Counted from the first letter of the stretch, positions 8,819-19,052 are shown. The stretch is 34,340 nt of DNA from Methanocella sp. (GCA_050261115.1 JBLNCY010000047.1:1-34340), one strand, 5' to 3'. Translations and numbers: made by a program. Notes: generated from the sequence alone by a model not told the origin.

Positions 8819-9029
8819 AAACCCACAGCTTACTCAAATCTTCTTTTTAATTATTCTCCAAAGAGGCTGCTATAGCGCCTCGCTAAAAAAAGCACTATGC
8901 TCTGGGTTTTTCAAGTTTGGGTTGAGGCCGTATTGATTCTGTGCTTGTATATTTGCTAATGTTTTAATCGTGGCTTTTTTTGGCGGATTTGGGTAATCTT
9001 CAAAAGCTAGGTTTTTTCATCCAATAGTA

Positions 9030-9659
9030 ATGATACCTGTTCTGAATGCTAATTGGCAAAGCCAACCATCCGATTATTTGCCCAGCGAACGCGATGCCGA
9101 CGTGCTGGCACTGATTGAGTCGGAGGATTTGACTGCGTTCACTTTTGATGGGTTAAAGCGCAGAACAGGGCTCCACTCCGAAACGCTCTCCCGCATACTT
9201 GCTCGGCTAGAAGAAGAAGGCATAATCAAAAAAGGAACCCGAGGCTACAGCGTCACCCCAAAGATAACTGAAGTTAAACTCCAGCAGCCCAAAAGCGAGG
9301 TGCCCTCGACGCCACTTATTCAGACGTTTCTGCCCTCTGACCTATTGATTCAGCAGCTAATCTTGCAGTTGAAGGGCAAATGGTTCGGGTTGCTACGTTG
9401 GCTTGGGGTATCCGAGAACACTCAGGGCGTTACGCTAAAGTGGGTTACTGAGGATGGCGGCATCCAAATCGCCGCAAACATCCAAGGCTCCGCATTAACC
9501 ATCGAGGCCAAGTTCCTAACCAACAGTGACCTAAACTTGGCGCTTAAGGCGTCTTATCAGTTGATGTCTTTGATTGGTAAAATGTGTATGGCCTCGCAGG
9601 CTTCACGGTCTATGGCTCGCAATGTGGGTTACTTTGGCGGTGGCCCCTACCTAACTTAG
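9030..9659 (+). CDS. Winged-helix domain protein with an uncharacterised C-terminal domain
   Basis: FTFDGLKRRTGLHSETLSRILARLEEEGIIKK.TRGY, a MarR/HxlR-like wHTH. Confidence 0.7.
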   Translation: MIPVLNANWQSQPSDYLPSERDADVLALIESEDLTAFTFDGLKRRTGLHSETLSRILARLEEEGIIKKGTRGYSVTPKITEVKLQQPKSEVPSTPLIQTFLPSDLLIQQLILQLKGKWFGLLRWLGVSENTQGVTLKWVTEDGGIQIAANIQGSALTIEAKFLTNSDLNLALKASYQLMSLIGKMCMASQASRSMARNVGYFGGGPYLT

Positions 9660-9660
9660 C

Positions 9661-9711
9661 GCTGTTGCTTTGCCGACCTACCCCTCCCTTATATATAGAC
9701 CAGCAACCACA
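9661..9711 (+). repeat. Non-coding ~50-bp dispersed element, copy 1
   Basis: GCTGTTGCTTTGCCGACCTACCCCTCCCTTATATATAGACCAGCAACCACA aligns with the reverse complement of 24940-24989. Confidence 0.6.
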
Positions 9712-9881
9712 GAGAAACAGTTGGGTATGTCTGGGTGTTTGCTGGTTTTCAGAAGTGGAAGTTGAGTGATTTCAAACGGGAATAATTGTTTGACTGCCCA
9801 ACTGCCCCAGATAGACCCAAAAGGAACAGTGGTGGGCCAGTTTGCAGTCACCTATAAATCTGGGTCTAACCCATCTTTTCA

Positions 9882-10460
9882 GTGGAGATTTTTTTGATAG
9901 ACAAACCTGCAGTCATCCTTGTCGACGTTCAGAACGAGTTTTTCACCGGCAAAATGAAAACCAAAACTGCCGCCAAAATAATTCCGCCGCTTCAGCGCCT
10001 AACGGTTGCAGCACGCAAAAACGCCGTACCCATAATCTACGCCATCGACGCCCACTACCCCCAAGACGTCGAAGTAGTACGCAACTGGGGCACACACGCA
10101 ATCAAAGGCACAGCAGACGCCAAAGTAATACCCGAACTATCACCCGACAAAACCCTCGACTACATAGTGGAAAAGCGCACCTACAGCGGCTTTTACGAAA
10201 CCGGCCTAGACCCGCTGCTGCGAAGCCTCTACAAGGGCGACGGCGCTAAAACCGTGATTTTGGGCGGATTGCACACTAGCCTCTGCATTCGCCACACTGC
10301 CGCTGATGCTTTCTTTCGGGGCTACCACATCATAGTTGTCGAGGACGGCGTCGAAGCGTTTAGCGAGGCAGACCAGCGTCAGTCGCTGAAATATTTGGAG
10401 TATGTTTATGATGCCAAGCTCATGGCTGCTAACAGTATAATTCAGGAAATAGTAAAATAG
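9882..10460 (+). CDS. Isochorismatase/nicotinamidase family cysteine hydrolase
   Basis: VILVDVQNEF (Asp), EKRTYSGF (Lys) and GLHTSLCIRHTAADAFFRGY (Cys) form the catalytic triad; metal-binding DAH and WGTHA. Confidence 0.92.
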   Translation: MEIFLIDKPAVILVDVQNEFFTGKMKTKTAAKIIPPLQRLTVAARKNAVPIIYAIDAHYPQDVEVVRNWGTHAIKGTADAKVIPELSPDKTLDYIVEKRTYSGFYETGLDPLLRSLYKGDGAKTVILGGLHTSLCIRHTAADAFFRGYHIIVVEDGVEAFSEADQRQSLKYLEYVYDAKLMAANSIIQEIVK

Positions 10461-10491
10461 CCCATTATGCGGTTTCACTGTGGGTATCTGG

Positions 10492-11110
10492 TTGGGTAAT
10501 AATCGCGCAAGAGTATTGGGTTTAGTCGGCGCCTTAGCGCCAGTAATCTACATAATCGCAGTGTTAGTCGGCGGCTTTCTCTGGCAGGGACTATTCGCAT
10601 ATACGCGACACCGTCAGCACACTCACTTCGGCGGGTGCGCCTAATCAGGAAGTTATGGTGCCGCTGTTTGCAATTTATAACCTCTTTGTAATCGGTCTCG
10701 CCGCAGCCCTATATTTGGGCGTTGAGGGTAAGAAGCCACGTTTAACATCGGCGCTCATAGCAGCCATAGGCGTTGACGGACTTGTGCTGTTTGCGTTTCC
10801 TCAGGATTACCCGCAGGGTCCACCAGTCACATTCACAGGAACAATGCATGTGGCTGTAGCAGGCATCGGCGCGTTAGTCTCGCTGCTTGCGATGGCGGCA
10901 CTGTTCTTTGAATTACGCCGCGTTAAGGGTTGGGGTACAATCGCTAAAATCAGCATAATACTGCTACCCATCGCAGTTGCGTTCGGCGGGTTTGGCGCGG
11001 CATCCATCACAACAGACTACGCAGGATTAGCCGAGCGGTTATCAATCGGCACCATCTTGGTCTGGCTTGAAATAGTCGCCTTAGGCGTAATCACCCGCAA
11101 CAAAAACTAG
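10492..11110 (+). pseudogene. DUF998 family membrane protein with a +1 frameshift near 10587-10591
   Basis: The frame from TTG 10492 gives a TM helix (RVLGLVGALAPVIYIIAVLVGGFLWQG) and stops at 10642. The next frame gives YSHIRDTVSTLTSAGAP (DUF998-like motif) and continues into ORF 10655-11110 (FPQD, H, GLAERL). Confidence 0.7.
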
Positions 11111-11355
11111 GCACTATCTCCCACCATTTTTTGGTTTGTTCTTGTTATAGCCGAACCTACAAGCGCACCTAATCCAAACATAACTGCAGCAATAGCAAAC
11201 GTTTCATGATGCAAATCACCGATCTGAAACCATAACCCGAAGGTTAGCTTCTGATGAGCCAAAATCAAAAAGCCAAACGCAAAAAAAGCAGCAGAAATTA
11301 GGACAGCTACCCAACGGTCACTCAACAAAACACCAACAAAAAAAGCCAAACCCAC
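11107..11355 (-). CDS. Small membrane protein (about 3 TM); 5' end uncertain
   Basis: Hydrophobic helices and an LHHE motif. The frame is open to about 11424, and the ATG at 11423 is one base out of frame. Confidence 0.6.
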   Translation of the reverse strand: MGLAFFVGVLLSDRWVAVLISAAFFAFGFLILAHQKLTFGLWFQIGDLHHETFAIAAVMFGLGALVGSAITRTNQKMVGDSA

Positions 11356-11833
11356 AGTTTTAAGGATATTTACGGGCAGCCGCTTGGTGTTCTCTGCGAG
11401 AACAGACTTGTTCTTGGAGGCATATTATGCTGCCTCGACCGATAGTGGGCAATATTAAATGTGCAACGTTTGCTTGGAAATATTTTTAGTGTATAGAAAA
11501 GTATCCTTTTATCGTACCTTAGCACTATAGTATTGGTAGACTCAGTGAGAACATACAAACATGGATGCGACGCAGCAGCCAACCAGTTGCCTCCTTTGGA
11601 CGCATCTTGACGCTTCATTAGACCTTACTTTATCAATCAACTCCGATGAGAAGGTTTATTAGACAGATATGCAGCTTCTCTGTGTGCTCTTAGAAAAGTT
11701 TAGACAATCCTTTTTCGACGTTGGCCAACCCAGCATCGGAGGAAATGTAAACTTGAAAAACAACACCAAATCACCCCAAAATCACAGGCTTCACCTACAT
11801 TTTAACAATAACTCATGGGAGAATTAAAAAAAC

Positions 11834-14800
11834 TTGACCACCACACAAAAAATCAATAAAGACGACATTCACAATCTCCTTAAAACCTTCTTCAACGAGA
11901 AAGGCCTAGTCCGACAGCACCTCGACAGCTACAACGAATTCATCGACCACGGACTCCAAGAGGTAGTCGATGAAGTCGGCGAAATCCCCATCGAAGTTCC
12001 AGATTCACCCTACAAAGTCAAACTCGGTCAAATATGGGTCATCGACCCCCAAAGCCGCATCACCGGCCCATACGTAACCGAAGTAGACGGCACAAAACAT
12101 GAAATTTACCCCATGGAAGCAAGACTCAGAAACTTAGCATATTCCGCGCCGGTCGCGCTGGAAATGACTCCTGTCATCGACGGCAGAGAACAAGACACCG
12201 AACTTGTCTACATTGGTAACATCCCCGTCATGCTGAAAAGCAAACTTTGCTTCCTATCACAGCTTAGCCGCGAAGAACTTATCGCTGCAGGCGAAGATCC
12301 AGACGATCAAGGCGGCTACTTCGTCGTTAACGGCTCCGAACGCGTTATCGTCGCCATGGAAGACTTGGCGCCTAACCGCGTAATCGTCGACATAGACGAC
12401 AAAGGAACCAGCCCAGTTTATCAAGCAAAAATCTTCTCAACAACCGTTGGCTTCCGCGCACGCATCGAGCTCAAACTGAAATCCGACGACGCAATCTACG
12501 TCACCATGCCCGGTGTTCCAACAGAAATCCCCTTTGTCGTAATCATGCGCGCATTAAGCATGGAGAAAGACAAAGACATCGCCGAAGCAGTATCTTTAGA
12601 CAGCGATATCCAAAGCCAACTCGGCGCATCATTCGAAAAAGCCATCGGCGTCGACACACCAAGTGACGCAATCTTGTTCATCGGCAACCGCGTTGCCCAC
12701 GGACAAGTAGAAGAGTACCGTCTTCAAAAAGCTGAAACTGCCCTAGATAAGAACTTCCTTCCACACCTGGGCAGAAGCGAGAAAAACCGCAAAGAAAAAG
12801 CCATATTCCTAGGTGAAATGGCCTACCGCGTCATCCAACTAAAGATGGGCAAACGCGTACCAGACGACAAAGACCACTTCAAAAACAAACGTCTACGCCT
12901 CGGTGGCCCACTACTTGCAGACCTCTTCCGTGTCTCCTTCCGCAACTTAACACGCGACATCAAGTACCAGCTTGAGCGCATCGGCGTTAAAGGCCCAATC
13001 ATCACCGTCTCAGCCGCTGTCCGCCCCGGCATCATCACCGAACGGTTCCAGCATGCACTCGCAACCGGTAACTGGGGCAGAGGCAGAGTCGGCATCACCC
13101 AACTCCTTGACCGCACCAACTACATCTCAACGCTAAGCCACCTACGACGCTTACAATCACCCCTATCTAGGAGCCAGCCAAACTTCGAAGCCAGAGACTT
13201 ACACCCAACCCACTGGGGACGCTTATGCCCAAACGAAACCCCTGAAGGCTCAAACTGCGGTCTCGTAAAGAACCTCGCATTATCCGCATCCATCGCCGTC
13301 GGAGTAAACCCCGACCGCATAAAGCAGCTCCTATTCGAAATGGGCACCATACCCGCATACGAAGCCACAATTGAGCAACGCCTCAACGGCGCAAAAGTTT
13401 TCGTTGACGGCAACATCATCGGTTACTGCAACAACCCCGCGGAAATGGTGCAGAACTTCCGCATGAAACGCCGCTCAGGCGAAATATCAAACGAAGTAAA
13501 CATCACCTACTTCTCAAAGGAACAAACCGAAACCGAAGAAGTCCACGCCAACTGCGACGAAGGTCGCGTCCGCCGCCCACTCATCATCGTAGACAACGGT
13601 GTACCAAGACTCCAAGCAAAACACTTCGAAAAAATAGGCTTAGGCGAATGGACATGGGAAGACGTGATCAAAAACGGCTTAGTCGAGTACCTCGACGCTG
13701 AAGAAGAAGAAAACGCATACGTCTCACTTGACTTGGAATCCATCACACCCCAAACAACCCACCTAGAAATCGCCACCTACACTATCCTTGGCATCTGCGC
13801 CTCCACCATCCCCTATCCAGAACACAACCAGTCACCACGCAACTCATACCAGGCCGCAATGGCTAAACAGGCACTGGGTGTTTATGGCACAAACTTCCAC
13901 CACCGTGTCGACAGCCGCAGCCACATCCTACACTACCCACAAGTCCCCTTAGTCCAAACCGAGAACATGGAAGTCATGGGCTACAAGCAGCGCCCCACAG
14001 GCCAAAACTGCGTCGTCGCAGTGCTAAGCTTTGAAGGCTACAACATGGAGGACGCCATCGTATTCAACAAAGCCTCCATCGAACGCGGATTGGCACGCAG
14101 CACATTCTACCGCATATACGAAGCCGAATGCCGCCAATACCTCGGTGGATTAAAAGATAAATTCACAGTCCCCGAACCAGGCACCCGCGGCTACCGAGGC
14201 GAACAATACTACCGCCTACTCGAACCAGACGGAATCATCAGCCTCGAATCCCAAGTCGTCGGCGGAGACGTGCTCATCGGCAGAATCAGCCCACCCAGAT
14301 TCCTAGAAGAATACAAGGAATTCGAAGTCAAAGGCCCCAGCATGCGCGACACCTCGGTAGACATGCGCCCCTCAGAAACCGGTATCGTGGATGGTATATT
14401 TGTAACGGAATCTGGCGAAGGCAGCCAACTCGTCAAAGTTCGCGTACGGGACCAACGCGTCCCCGAGTTAGGCGATAAATTCGCCAGCCGCCATGGCCAG
14501 AAAGGAGTTATCGGCTTAATCGTACCCCAAGAAGACCTACCATTCACCGAAGACGGCATGGTGCCCGACTTAATCATCAACCCACACGCTATCCCCAGCC
14601 GTATGACTATTGGGCAGTTCATCGAGTCACTTGCAGGCAAAGCCGCAGCCGCCCGCGGAAAACCCGCCGACGGAACACCCTTCAGCAACGAAGGCCCTGA
14701 TGAAATCCGCAAGAACCTCATCAAACTCGGATTTAGCCACACCGGCAGCGAAGTCTTCTACCAAGGCACAAGCGGCGAAAAATTCGTAGCCGACGTCTTC

Positions 14801-15208
14801 GTAGGCATCGTATACTACCAGAAACTACACCACATGGTCGCTGACAAGATTCACGCACGCGCCAGAGGCCAAGTGCAGATGCTTACTCGCCAGCCAACAG
14901 AAGGCCGCGCGAGAGGTGGTGGTCTACGTTTCGGGGAAATGGAACGTGACTGCCTCATCGGCCACGGTGCAGCAATGCTACTGCGCGACAGGTTGCTAGA
15001 GGAATCCGACAAGTACACCCTCTACATCTGCGAGAACTGCGGTCAAATCGCGTTCTTTGACATGAAGCAGAGGCGTTATGTCTGCAAGATATGTGACGAA
15101 AAAGCAAAGATTGCTCCGGTAATCGTGTCTTACGCTTTCAAGCTACTGCTCCAAGAGCTGCAAAGCCTATGCATCACGCCCAAACTAAAACTAAAGGAGA
15201 AGGCCTAA
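11834..15208 (+). CDS. rpoB: DNA-directed RNA polymerase subunit B (Rpo2, unsplit)
   Basis: GLVRQHLDSYNEF, ETPEGSNCGLVKNLA, GDKFASRHGQKG, GGLRFGEMERDC and a C-terminal Zn site (CENCG...CKIC). Confidence 0.99.
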   Translation: MTTTQKINKDDIHNLLKTFFNEKGLVRQHLDSYNEFIDHGLQEVVDEVGEIPIEVPDSPYKVKLGQIWVIDPQSRITGPYVTEVDGTKHEIYPMEARLRNLAYSAPVALEMTPVIDGREQDTELVYIGNIPVMLKSKLCFLSQLSREELIAAGEDPDDQGGYFVVNGSERVIVAMEDLAPNRVIVDIDDKGTSPVYQAKIFSTTVGFRARIELKLKSDDAIYVTMPGVPTEIPFVVIMRALSMEKDKDIAEAVSLDSDIQSQLGASFEKAIGVDTPSDAILFIGNRVAHGQVEEYRLQKAETALDKNFLPHLGRSEKNRKEKAIFLGEMAYRVIQLKMGKRVPDDKDHFKNKRLRLGGPLLADLFRVSFRNLTRDIKYQLERIGVKGPIITVSAAVRPGIITERFQHALATGNWGRGRVGITQLLDRTNYISTLSHLRRLQSPLSRSQPNFEARDLHPTHWGRLCPNETPEGSNCGLVKNLALSASIAVGVNPDRIKQLLFEMGTIPAYEATIEQRLNGAKVFVDGNIIGYCNNPAEMVQNFRMKRRSGEISNEVNITYFSKEQTETEEVHANCDEGRVRRPLIIVDNGVPRLQAKHFEKIGLGEWTWEDVIKNGLVEYLDAEEEENAYVSLDLESITPQTTHLEIATYTILGICASTIPYPEHNQSPRNSYQAAMAKQALGVYGTNFHHRVDSRSHILHYPQVPLVQTENMEVMGYKQRPTGQNCVVAVLSFEGYNMEDAIVFNKASIERGLARSTFYRIYEAECRQYLGGLKDKFTVPEPGTRGYRGEQYYRLLEPDGIISLESQVVGGDVLIGRISPPRFLEEYKEFEVKGPSMRDTSVDMRPSETGIVDGIFVTESGEGSQLVKVRVRDQRVPELGDKFASRHGQKGVIGLIVPQEDLPFTEDGMVPDLIINPHAIPSRMTIGQFIESLAGKAAAARGKPADGTPFSNEGPDEIRKNLIKLGFSHTGSEVFYQGTSGEKFVADVFVGIVYYQKLHHMVADKIHARARGQVQMLTRQPTEGRARGGGLRFGEMERDCLIGHGAAMLLRDRLLEESDKYTLYICENCGQIAFFDMKQRRYVCKICDEKAKIAPVIVSYAFKLLLQELQSLCITPKLKLKEKA

Positions 15209-15209
15209 A

Positions 15210-18200
15210 ATGTCTCAACAGGAAGAATTAATCCACAAAGTAGTCGACGAAATCTCATTCGGACTAATTTCACCCAAAGATCTCCGCAAACAATCCGTCG
15301 TGGAAATCCAAACCCCAGACACATATGACGAAGACGGTGCACCAATCACCGCAGGCCTCATGGATGGCAGACTCGGCACCCTTGAGCCCCGGCAACGCTG
15401 CAAAACATGCGGCAACACCGCGATTCGCTGCCCAGGCCACTTCGGGCACATCGAACTTGCAGTTCCAATCGTCCACATAGAATTCACCAAAATCACCTTT
15501 GACATGCTAAAATCCACCTGCAGAACCTGCGGCCGCATACTCCTATCCGAGGATGCCTCAAAGAAGGCTCGCCAACGCATTGAACGCTTCAACGAACTCT
15601 TAGGCACCATCCCTGATGAAGTCTACAAAGAGATCATGGCCGACATAAAAGCCAAACAATGCCCCTACTGTGCCGCTCCACAATACAAAATCACTTTCGA
15701 GAAACCCACCAAGTTCATCGAGCAAACCGAAGCCGGCTCAGAGCCCCTAACACCCAGCATGATACGTGAAAGGCTGGAACGTATAAGCGATGAGGACCTA
15801 GAAATTTTAGGCTTCAACCCCAAAGTTGCAAGACCCGAATGGATGGTTCTCCAAGTCCTTCCTGTTCCACCCGTCTACGTCCGACCCTCCATCACGCTTG
15901 AATCAGGCATCCGCAGCGAAGACGACTTAACCCACAAACTTGTCGACATCATCCGCATTAATCAGCGTCTAAAGGAAAACATGGAAGCAGGCGCACCAAC
16001 ACTCATCATCCAAGACCTAAGCGAACTGCTCCAGTACCACGTCACCACTTACTTTAACAACGAAGCCTCCGGCATTCCGCCCGCAAGGCACCGCAGCGGC
16101 AGAGCCCTAAAAACCCTCAGCCAACGCCTAAAGGGCAAAGAAGGCCGATTCAGAAGCAACCTGTCCGGCAAACGTGTCGACTTCTCTGCACGTACCGTCA
16201 TCTCACCTGACCCTAACCTCGACATTAATGAGGTCGGTGTCCCACGCGATGTGGCGATGCGCCTTAGTGTTCCAGAAAAAGTTACCGCCTGGAACATCGA
16301 AGAAATGAAGAAGCTCGTAATTAATGGTCCTGAGAATTATCCGGGAGCCCTCTACATCATCCGCCCAGACGGCAAACGTATCCGACTAGAATTCGTTGTT
16401 GACCGCACTAAAATCGCTGAAGCCATCGAATTAGGCTTTATAGTTGAACGTCACCTCAAAAACGGCGACATCGCAATCTTTAACCGCCAGCCCTCTCTCC
16501 ACCGCATGTCCATCATGGCTCACTACGTCCGCGTCTTACCCTACAAGACCTTCCGTATGCACCTCTGTGTCTGCCCACCCTACAACGCAGACTTCGACGG
16601 CGACGAAATGAACCTCCACGTCCCACAAAGCGAAGAAGCCCGCACAGAATCCCTACTACTCATGCAGGTCCAAGACCAAATTCTCTCCCCAAGATTCGGC
16701 GGCCCCATCATCGGCGCCATCAGAGACTTCGTCACCGGAGCCTACTACTTCACAAAACGCGGCAACTACCTCGACCGCGGCATGGTTGACCGCATCCTAA
16801 CCACCACCAACTACCAAGGTGCGCTCCCTGAACCCGAAATCACCGAGCCTGAACCGAAATGGTCAGGTAAACAAATCTTTAGCCTCTTCCTGCCCAAGAC
16901 ACTCAACTATGTCTTGAAGGCAAACATCTGCCAAGGATGCACAAAATGTGAAGAGGAAGAATGCAAGCACGATGCGTATGTCGTGGTCAAGAACGGCCAA
17001 CTCGTATCAGGTATCATCGATCGCCGCAGCATCGGCTCAGAGCAATCTGAGAGCTTACTTCACAGAATCATCAAAGACTACGGTACCCAGGCAGGCAGAG
17101 AATTCCTAAACAACATCACACGCATGATCAAATTCTATATCTCCATGAGAGGCTTCAGCTACACTTACGACCAGCTAGTCCTGTCTCCACGCGCGCGTAA
17201 CCGCATGGCAAAAACCATGGAGCGCACACAGAAAAAGATCGATGAGCTCATTGCAGCCTACAAGGCAGGCACCTTGCCGCGTCTCCCAGGTCAAACCATA
17301 GAGGAATCGTTCGAAATCTATGTCATGCATGAACTCTCAACCGCCAGAGACGAATCGGGCAAAATCGCAGACGAAGACTTCACCTTAGACAACGCAGGCA
17401 TCGTCATGACCCGAACCGGTGCAAGAGGCTCAAGCCTAAACATCGGCCAAATGGCTGCTTGTGTCGGTCAACAGTCAGTCCGCGGCAAACGTATCCTCAG
17501 AGGTTATGCTGGACGCGCTCTACCTCACTTCGTTCCAAACGATCCTCAACCCAGAGCACGAGGCTTCGTCTACAATAGTTACCAAACGGGCTTAGACGCG
17601 ATTGAGTTCTTCTTCCACGCTATGGGTGGCAGAGAAGGTCTAGTCGACACAGCCGTCCGCACACAACAAAGCGGCTACATGCAGCGCAGACTCATCAACG
17701 CACTAGAACACATCAGATTAGAATACGACTCAACAGTCCGCGACTCCGCAGGCGACATTATCCAATTCCGCTATGGCGAAGACGGCGTTGACCCAGCAAA
17801 AAGCGACCACGGAAAGGCAGTCAACGTCAGCCGATTAATCGACCAAGTTCGACTTGGCGAAGAAAAAGGCGCTGCACCAGCCTCAGCCGACTACATCAAG
17901 AAGCAACTAAAATCCATTGAAGACTTAGTCACACCAATCCTAATCAACCAACTTAAACAGAACTTAACCAAGGTAAAGCTATCAGAGAAAGGCGTCGCCA
18001 AAGCAGTCGCCATAACCGCCGAACAATACAAACGTGCATTAATGGAGCCTGGTGAAGCAGTCGGCATCGTTGCAGCCCAATCAATCGGTGAACCCGGAAC
18101 ACAGATGACTCTTAGAACTTTCCACTATGCAGGTGTCAAAGAACAAAACGTCACCTTAGGATTGCCCCGCTTAATCGAAATCGTGGATGCACGAAGAATA

Positions 18201-19052
18201 CCCTCAACCCCAATCATGACCATCTACCTAACCGGTGAACACGCCAAGAGCAAAGAGGCAGCAGTAGAGGTTGCAAGAAACATCATCTACACCTCAGTCG
18301 AAAACCTAGCCTCAGCAATCTATGAAGACCCCGTCCGCGAAGAAATCATAATCGAACTCAGCGAGCAAATGATGCAAGACCGCAACATCAGCATGGATGA
18401 ACTCAAAGAGAAACTAGAGGAACTCCAGAACGCCACCGTAACAATCACCGACTACACCGTCGAAATCAAACCCAAGAAGGCAGAACAAATCAAACGCATG
18501 CTCGCAAAAATCCCAGACTTCCAAGTCAAAGGTGTCCCAGACATCAAACGTGTCCTCGTCACAGAGGAAAGCGGCGAATGGGTCATCCGCACCGACGGCT
18601 CCAACCTAGCAAAGGTCTTAGAAGTTGAAGGCGTAGACACATCACGCACAACAACCAACAACATCCACGAAATCGCCAAGACTCTCGGTGTAGAGGCGGC
18701 TAGAAACGCATTAGTTCACGAAGCCAAAGGTGTGCTGGAAGACCAAGGCTTAGACGTCGATGTCCGTCACGTTATGCTCGTAGCAGACATGATGACTACC
18801 ACGGGTGATGTCCAGCAGATTGGTCGACATGGTATCAGCGGCAAGAAAGCTTCAGTGCTTGCCCGCGCCGCATTCGAAATCACTGTCCCCAACATCGTTG
18901 AAGCAGCCGTGAAAGGTGAAAGTGATCCTCTGGCTGGAGTAACAGAAAACGTTATAGTTGGGCAATCTATACCAATCGGCACAGGTTTAGTTGAGTTGTA
19001 TATGTCAACTTTCGAACGTCAAGATAAAGATGGAGGAAAAACAGAACAATGA
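15210..19052 (+). CDS. rpoA1: DNA-directed RNA polymerase subunit A (Rpo1, fused A'+A'')
   Basis: CPGHFGHIEL, catalytic YNADFDGDEMN and bridge helix GGREGLVDTAVRT, continuing without a stop into the A'' motifs AQSIGEPGTQMTLRTFH and GVTENVIVGQ. Confidence 0.99.
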   Translation: MSQQEELIHKVVDEISFGLISPKDLRKQSVVEIQTPDTYDEDGAPITAGLMDGRLGTLEPRQRCKTCGNTAIRCPGHFGHIELAVPIVHIEFTKITFDMLKSTCRTCGRILLSEDASKKARQRIERFNELLGTIPDEVYKEIMADIKAKQCPYCAAPQYKITFEKPTKFIEQTEAGSEPLTPSMIRERLERISDEDLEILGFNPKVARPEWMVLQVLPVPPVYVRPSITLESGIRSEDDLTHKLVDIIRINQRLKENMEAGAPTLIIQDLSELLQYHVTTYFNNEASGIPPARHRSGRALKTLSQRLKGKEGRFRSNLSGKRVDFSARTVISPDPNLDINEVGVPRDVAMRLSVPEKVTAWNIEEMKKLVINGPENYPGALYIIRPDGKRIRLEFVVDRTKIAEAIELGFIVERHLKNGDIAIFNRQPSLHRMSIMAHYVRVLPYKTFRMHLCVCPPYNADFDGDEMNLHVPQSEEARTESLLLMQVQDQILSPRFGGPIIGAIRDFVTGAYYFTKRGNYLDRGMVDRILTTTNYQGALPEPEITEPEPKWSGKQIFSLFLPKTLNYVLKANICQGCTKCEEEECKHDAYVVVKNGQLVSGIIDRRSIGSEQSESLLHRIIKDYGTQAGREFLNNITRMIKFYISMRGFSYTYDQLVLSPRARNRMAKTMERTQKKIDELIAAYKAGTLPRLPGQTIEESFEIYVMHELSTARDESGKIADEDFTLDNAGIVMTRTGARGSSLNIGQMAACVGQQSVRGKRILRGYAGRALPHFVPNDPQPRARGFVYNSYQTGLDAIEFFFHAMGGREGLVDTAVRTQQSGYMQRRLINALEHIRLEYDSTVRDSAGDIIQFRYGEDGVDPAKSDHGKAVNVSRLIDQVRLGEEKGAAPASADYIKKQLKSIEDLVTPILINQLKQNLTKVKLSEKGVAKAVAITAEQYKRALMEPGEAVGIVAAQSIGEPGTQMTLRTFHYAGVKEQNVTLGLPRLIEIVDARRIPSTPIMTIYLTGEHAKSKEAAVEVARNIIYTSVENLASAIYEDPVREEIIIELSEQMMQDRNISMDELKEKLEELQNATVTITDYTVEIKPKKAEQIKRMLAKIPDFQVKGVPDIKRVLVTEESGEWVIRTDGSNLAKVLEVEGVDTSRTTTNNIHEIAKTLGVEAARNALVHEAKGVLEDQGLDVDVRHVMLVADMMTTTGDVQQIGRHGISGKKASVLARAAFEITVPNIVEAAVKGESDPLAGVTENVIVGQSIPIGTGLVELYMSTFERQDKDGGKTEQ

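Noticed and set aside
11370-11833. ORF 11370-11618(-) and a possible rpoH upstream of rpoB
   Set aside because: No RpoH motifs (HxLVPxH, LPxI...DP) seen in the frames examined; the 82-aa ORF has no family features.
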